In this document: in pieces, positions 62,526-64,000 of the stretch
Numbering within the stretch: position 1 is the first letter of the stretch
How the letters are laid out: each line of letters begins with the position of its first letter
Assembly: GCA_963850125.1 (NCBI GenBank)
Contig: CAWKKB010000011.1
Coordinates: 92,993-156,992, forward strand
From: an uncultured delta proteobacterium
GTDB lineage: Bacteria; Desulfobacterota; Binatia; Binatales; Binataceae
DNA length: 64,000 nt
Reading direction: 5' to 3'
Program-made: the position numbers and the translations under genes
Notes under the pieces: model-generated
The model's input: the letters and a program-made list of their open reading frames with translations, nothing else
What the model was told of the DNA's origin: nothing
Database searches by the model: none

Positions 62526-63713
62526 TCAGGCTCGGCCGGTCTCATCGTGAAGGATCCGTTTCTCGTATAGCGCGGCGATGCGGTCCGCGGAATACCCCAG
62601 CACACTCGAAAGTACGCCCGCGTTGTCTGCCCCGAGCGCGGGCACATAGTTGCGCGCCTCGGCCGTGGAGTTGCCAAACTTGAACGCGGGATTCGGCACC
62701 TTAAGCGGCCCGGCGCCGTCGTCGATCACGCTGAAACTGCCGCGCCGCGCGAGATGCGGATGCTCGAGCGCCTCGCGCACAGTGTAATACCGCGAGCACG
62801 GAACGCTGCCCTCGGTCAGTATCGCTTCGCACTCTGCCATGGTCCGGGTCGACGCCCACTCGTCGAGCATCGACATGAACCACTTCCAATTCGCAGCTCT
62901 GCCTTTCGCCGTGGCGAAGCGCGGATCGTCCAGCCATTCGGGATGCCCGACCGCGCGCGCCAACGCCTCGTAGTTGTTCGGCTTCACCGCCGCAATCATT
63001 ACGAATCCGTCCTTGGCCCGGGTTGGCTGAAAAGTATTGGTCCGCCGGGCTGGCGGAAGCTGCGCTTCCTGGAACTCATAGATGAGCATGCCGAGCAGGC
63101 CGTCCATCATCGCCAGGTCGATGCAATCGCCGTGGCCTGTGCGCTCGCGCGCGAGCAGCGCCGACTGAATCGCGCCGAACGCGTAAGTCCCTCCCAGCAC
63201 GTCGCCCACGTAGATGCCGGTGTTGAGCGGCCGCTCGAGGCCGTCCTGGTACCCAAGGTTGACCAGGTCGAAACCGCTGGCCGCGTGGAGCATCGGAGCG
63301 TAAGCGCTGCGCGTCGCCCACGGCCCGCTTTGGCCGAAGCCCGAAATCGAGCAATACACGATTCGCGGATTCATCGGCGCCAGCGTGGCATAGTCGAGTC
63401 CCAGCCGCTGCATCACACCCGGCCGCGAATTCTCGACGACCACATCTGATTTTGTCGCGAGCTCGCGAATCAGCTCGCCGGCTCCGGCCTGGCGCAGATC
63501 GATCGCGAGGCTCTTCTTACCGCAATTCAGATGAGCGAAGTACGCGCTCTTGCCCGCGCGAAGCGGCGGTTGCGTGCGGATGAAGTCGCCCTCGGGCGGC
63601 TCTACCTTGATCACCTCTGCGCCAAGATCCGCGAGCAGACGCGTGCAACACGGCCCCGACACGATCGTCGTGAAGTCGAGCACCCGCACGCCGCCCAGGA
63701 TATCGTTATTCAT
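62526..63713 (-). CDS. Family III CoA-transferase (CaiB/BaiF), second copy
   Basis: 395 aa. LGGVRVLDFTTIVSGPCCTRLLADLGAEVIKVEPP. Confidence 0.88.
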   Translation of the reverse strand: MNNDILGGVRVLDFTTIVSGPCCTRLLADLGAEVIKVEPPEGDFIRTQPPLRAGKSAYFAHLNCGKKSLAIDLRQAGAGELIRELATKSDVVVENSRPGVMQRLGLDYATLAPMNPRIVYCSISGFGQSGPWATRSAYAPMLHAASGFDLVNLGYQDGLERPLNTGIYVGDVLGGTYAFGAIQSALLARERTGHGDCIDLAMMDGLLGMLIYEFQEAQLPPARRTNTFQPTRAKDGFVMIAAVKPNNYEALARAVGHPEWLDDPRFATAKGRAANWKWFMSMLDEWASTRTMAECEAILTEGSVPCSRYYTVREALEHPHLARRGSFSVIDDGAGPLKVPNPAFKFGNSTAEARNYVPALGADNAGVLSSVLGYSADRIAALYEKRILHDETGRA

Positions 63714-64000
63714 TGGCGGCCTCGGCGCGGTCCTTTTCCTTGACCAGCGACAAATAGTGACGGTTGAGTCGTTCGAGATGCTGTTCCATCTCTTTCACGG
63801 CGCCGTCGCTGTCGCCCGCTTCAAAATGCTTCATGAAACGCCGGCGCGAGGGCAGTACCCACGGATTTCGCTTTTGCCCGATCGCCCGGATGAAGTGCTG
63901 CATGACGTCGATCAGCGCTTCCATCACGATCACCATGACCGGATTTTTGGTCGCGCGCGCTAGGATGCGATGAAAATCAAGATGGATCGCCGCCTGATTG
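63706..64000 (-). CDS. GntR/FadR-family regulator, C-terminal FCD domain only (5' end beyond window)
   Basis: The minus-strand frame stays open to the window edge: ...AAIHLDFHRILARATKNPVMVIVMEALIDVM...AVKEMEQHLERL. Its stop overlaps the CoA-transferase start by 8 nt. Confidence 0.75.
   Translation of the reverse strand, partial: NQAAIHLDFHRILARATKNPVMVIVMEALIDVMQHFIRAIGQKRNPWVLPSRRRFMKHFEAGDSDGAVKEMEQHLERLNRHYLSLVKEKDRAEAANE

Noticed and set aside
1-64000. Scan for CRISPR arrays, rRNA, tRNA, integrases or intact IS elements
   Set aside because: I saw no regularly spaced direct repeats, no tRNA-like GTTCGAATC T-arm contexts with acceptor stems, no rRNA-like segments and no integrase or transposase body. 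Only the 21-codon transposase tail at 36314-36376 was found. A tRNAscan-SE/Infernal run would be needed to exclude small RNAs formally.

Overview
High-GC (about 60-65% by eye), densely coding bacterial chromosomal window. I found no rRNA, tRNA or CRISPR array. All family calls below come from motif recognition by eye; nothing was searched against a database. Layout, left to right: (i) 2-8078: the 3' end of an NRPS line (C-A-T-C-A-T-TE, cut by the window edge) with coupled MbtH-like and type II thioesterase genes, followed by a hypothetical protein and an AurF-like di-iron oxygenase. (ii) 10650-15791, minus strand: a tight five-gene operon encoding a UPF0104/MprF-flippase-like membrane protein, a LolA-like periplasmic protein, two FtsX/LolCE-type permeases and a LolD/MacB-type ATPase. 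(iii) About 15.8-19.8 kb: a visibly lower-GC, gene-poor patch. It holds a Ser/Thr/Pro-rich secreted protein, a Crp/Fnr regulator, an imperfect inverted duplication bracketing tiny convergent ORFs, a DUF4142-like secreted protein and a 3' gene fragment. (iv) A VOC-like protein and an acyl-CoA dehydrogenase. (v) 22163-30844: a 2893-aa cyclic beta-1,2-glucan synthase (Cgs/NdvB/ChvB type). (vi) 30.9-39.3 kb: assorted catabolic enzymes (LLM monooxygenase, two Amidohydro_2 paralogues, aldo-keto reductase, TauD-type dioxygenase, D-aminoacylase) plus a transposase-tail remnant. (vii) 39708-55050: a complete group 1h (Hhy, actinobacterial/high-affinity type) [NiFe]-hydrogenase supercluster. In order it encodes the small and large subunits, a NifU/Cys4-Rieske-like protein, three conserved unknowns, the endopeptidase, a 34-codon membrane micro-ORF absent from the ORF track, and a leaderless YceI-like protein. 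These are followed by hypC-hypD-hypE-hypC2, a muconolactone-isomerase-fold protein, hypF, an unknown, hypA-hypB and a coupled methyltransferase. (viii) A lower-GC polytopic membrane protein. (ix) 56505-64000, minus strand: a GntR-headed aromatic-catabolism-like operon (two family III CoA-transferases, LigB-type dioxygenase, SDR, Rieske oxygenase alpha/beta, Amidohydro_2). The best candidates for new biology are the uncharacterised accessory genes inside the hydrogenase cluster, the Lol-like exporter next to the NRPS, and the inverted-duplication/small-peptide locus at 17.3-18.8 kb.
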